IMG/VR virus record: IMGVR_UViG_3300042910_000038 | Direction: 5' to 3' (one strand) | Length of the DNA: 64,000 nt | Source of the DNA: a virus | Notes under the pieces: model-generated | What the model was told of the DNA's origin: nothing | Databases searched by the model: none | What the model saw: only the letters and a program-made list of their open reading frames with translations | Part shown: piece after piece, positions 63,659-64,000 of the stretch | Position numbering within the stretch: the first letter of the stretch is position 1 | How the letters are laid out: every line of letters begins with the position of its first letter | Translations under genes and position numbers: made by a program

Positions 63659-63856
63659 TTATATGATGTCTTCTTCACGGCTTCTTGCGAGGATTTCTGC
63701 CAAATTGCTTAAGTTGTAGCATATCAAATACCATGCACACTGTTCCCTTATGCAGTATTGGACGTTTGCATCGCCGTGATGGATTCCGAAAGCAATCAGT
63801 CTAAATGGACAAACCTTTCTTTTTTCAATATACGCCTCCCTCTTCTCTTCCGACAT
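63659..63856 (-). CDS. Cys-containing hypothetical protein
   Basis: KVCPF...CIREQCAWY; start reassigned after motif. Confidence 0.5.
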   Translation of the reverse strand: MSEEKREAYIEKRKVCPFRLIAFGIHHGDANVQYCIREQCAWYLICYNLSNLAEILARSREEDII

Positions 63857-64000
63857 TAAAACACCCAAAAAGTAGAGAAAAGGGGGGTTAGTAGAATCGT
63901 AGTCCTCTTTTCTCAAGTTTTTTCTTGTGCTTCTCAAGTTTCTCGTCTTCTTCTGCTTGGATTCTCTGGGTTATTCTAACGTATGCGTCTAAATCCTTCT

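Larger units (their letters stand above)
33414..63870 (-). repeat. Dispersed TTTT(T)GGGTG motif before most right-arm genes and ncRNA units (roughly 40 or more copies by eye)
   Basis: CACCCAAAA on + at e.g. 36784, 47048, 52192, 52293, 53109, 53205, 53287, 55594, 58202, 60482, 62710, 63861. Confidence 0.9.

Noticed and set aside
1-64000. tRNA, rRNA, integrase, terminase, portal or HK97 capsid genes
   Set aside because: No recognisable motifs by eye; they could lie outside the window.

Overview
The window reads as part of a large archaeal virus or extrachromosomal element. A Bathyarchaeia-like host is inferred from cohesin/dockerin domains, GGTG-type ribosome-binding sites, archaeal RadA/PCNA and TATA promoters. 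No rRNA, tRNA, CRISPR array, terminase, HK97 capsid or integrase was recognised. Left arm (1-33 kb, mostly + strand): putative structural/surface module with tiny hydrophobic coat-like proteins, many unrelated domains fused to the same C-terminal coat-like helix, one cohesin and two dockerin genes, fibre-like proteins, clan-CD protease modules, and a glycosylation cluster. One glycosyltransferase carries an intein with a LAGLIDADG endonuclease hidden in the +1 frame. Right arm (33-64 kb, mostly - strand): dozens of short genes each preceded by TTTTTGGGTG, nine proteins sharing one N-terminal zinc-ribbon leader, ParB, RadA, a PCNA with a zinc-finger insertion, a tnpB insertion, and a DUF932-like gene split by a 32-nt bulge-helix-bulge intron. 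Top candidate for a new system: a solitary Cas7/RAMP-like gene (52403-53074) flanked by four non-coding 73-100 nt tracts with strong 4-nt periodicity (CANN/CNNN), suggesting a non-CRISPR guide-RNA system. All family calls are by eye from motifs; no database search was run.
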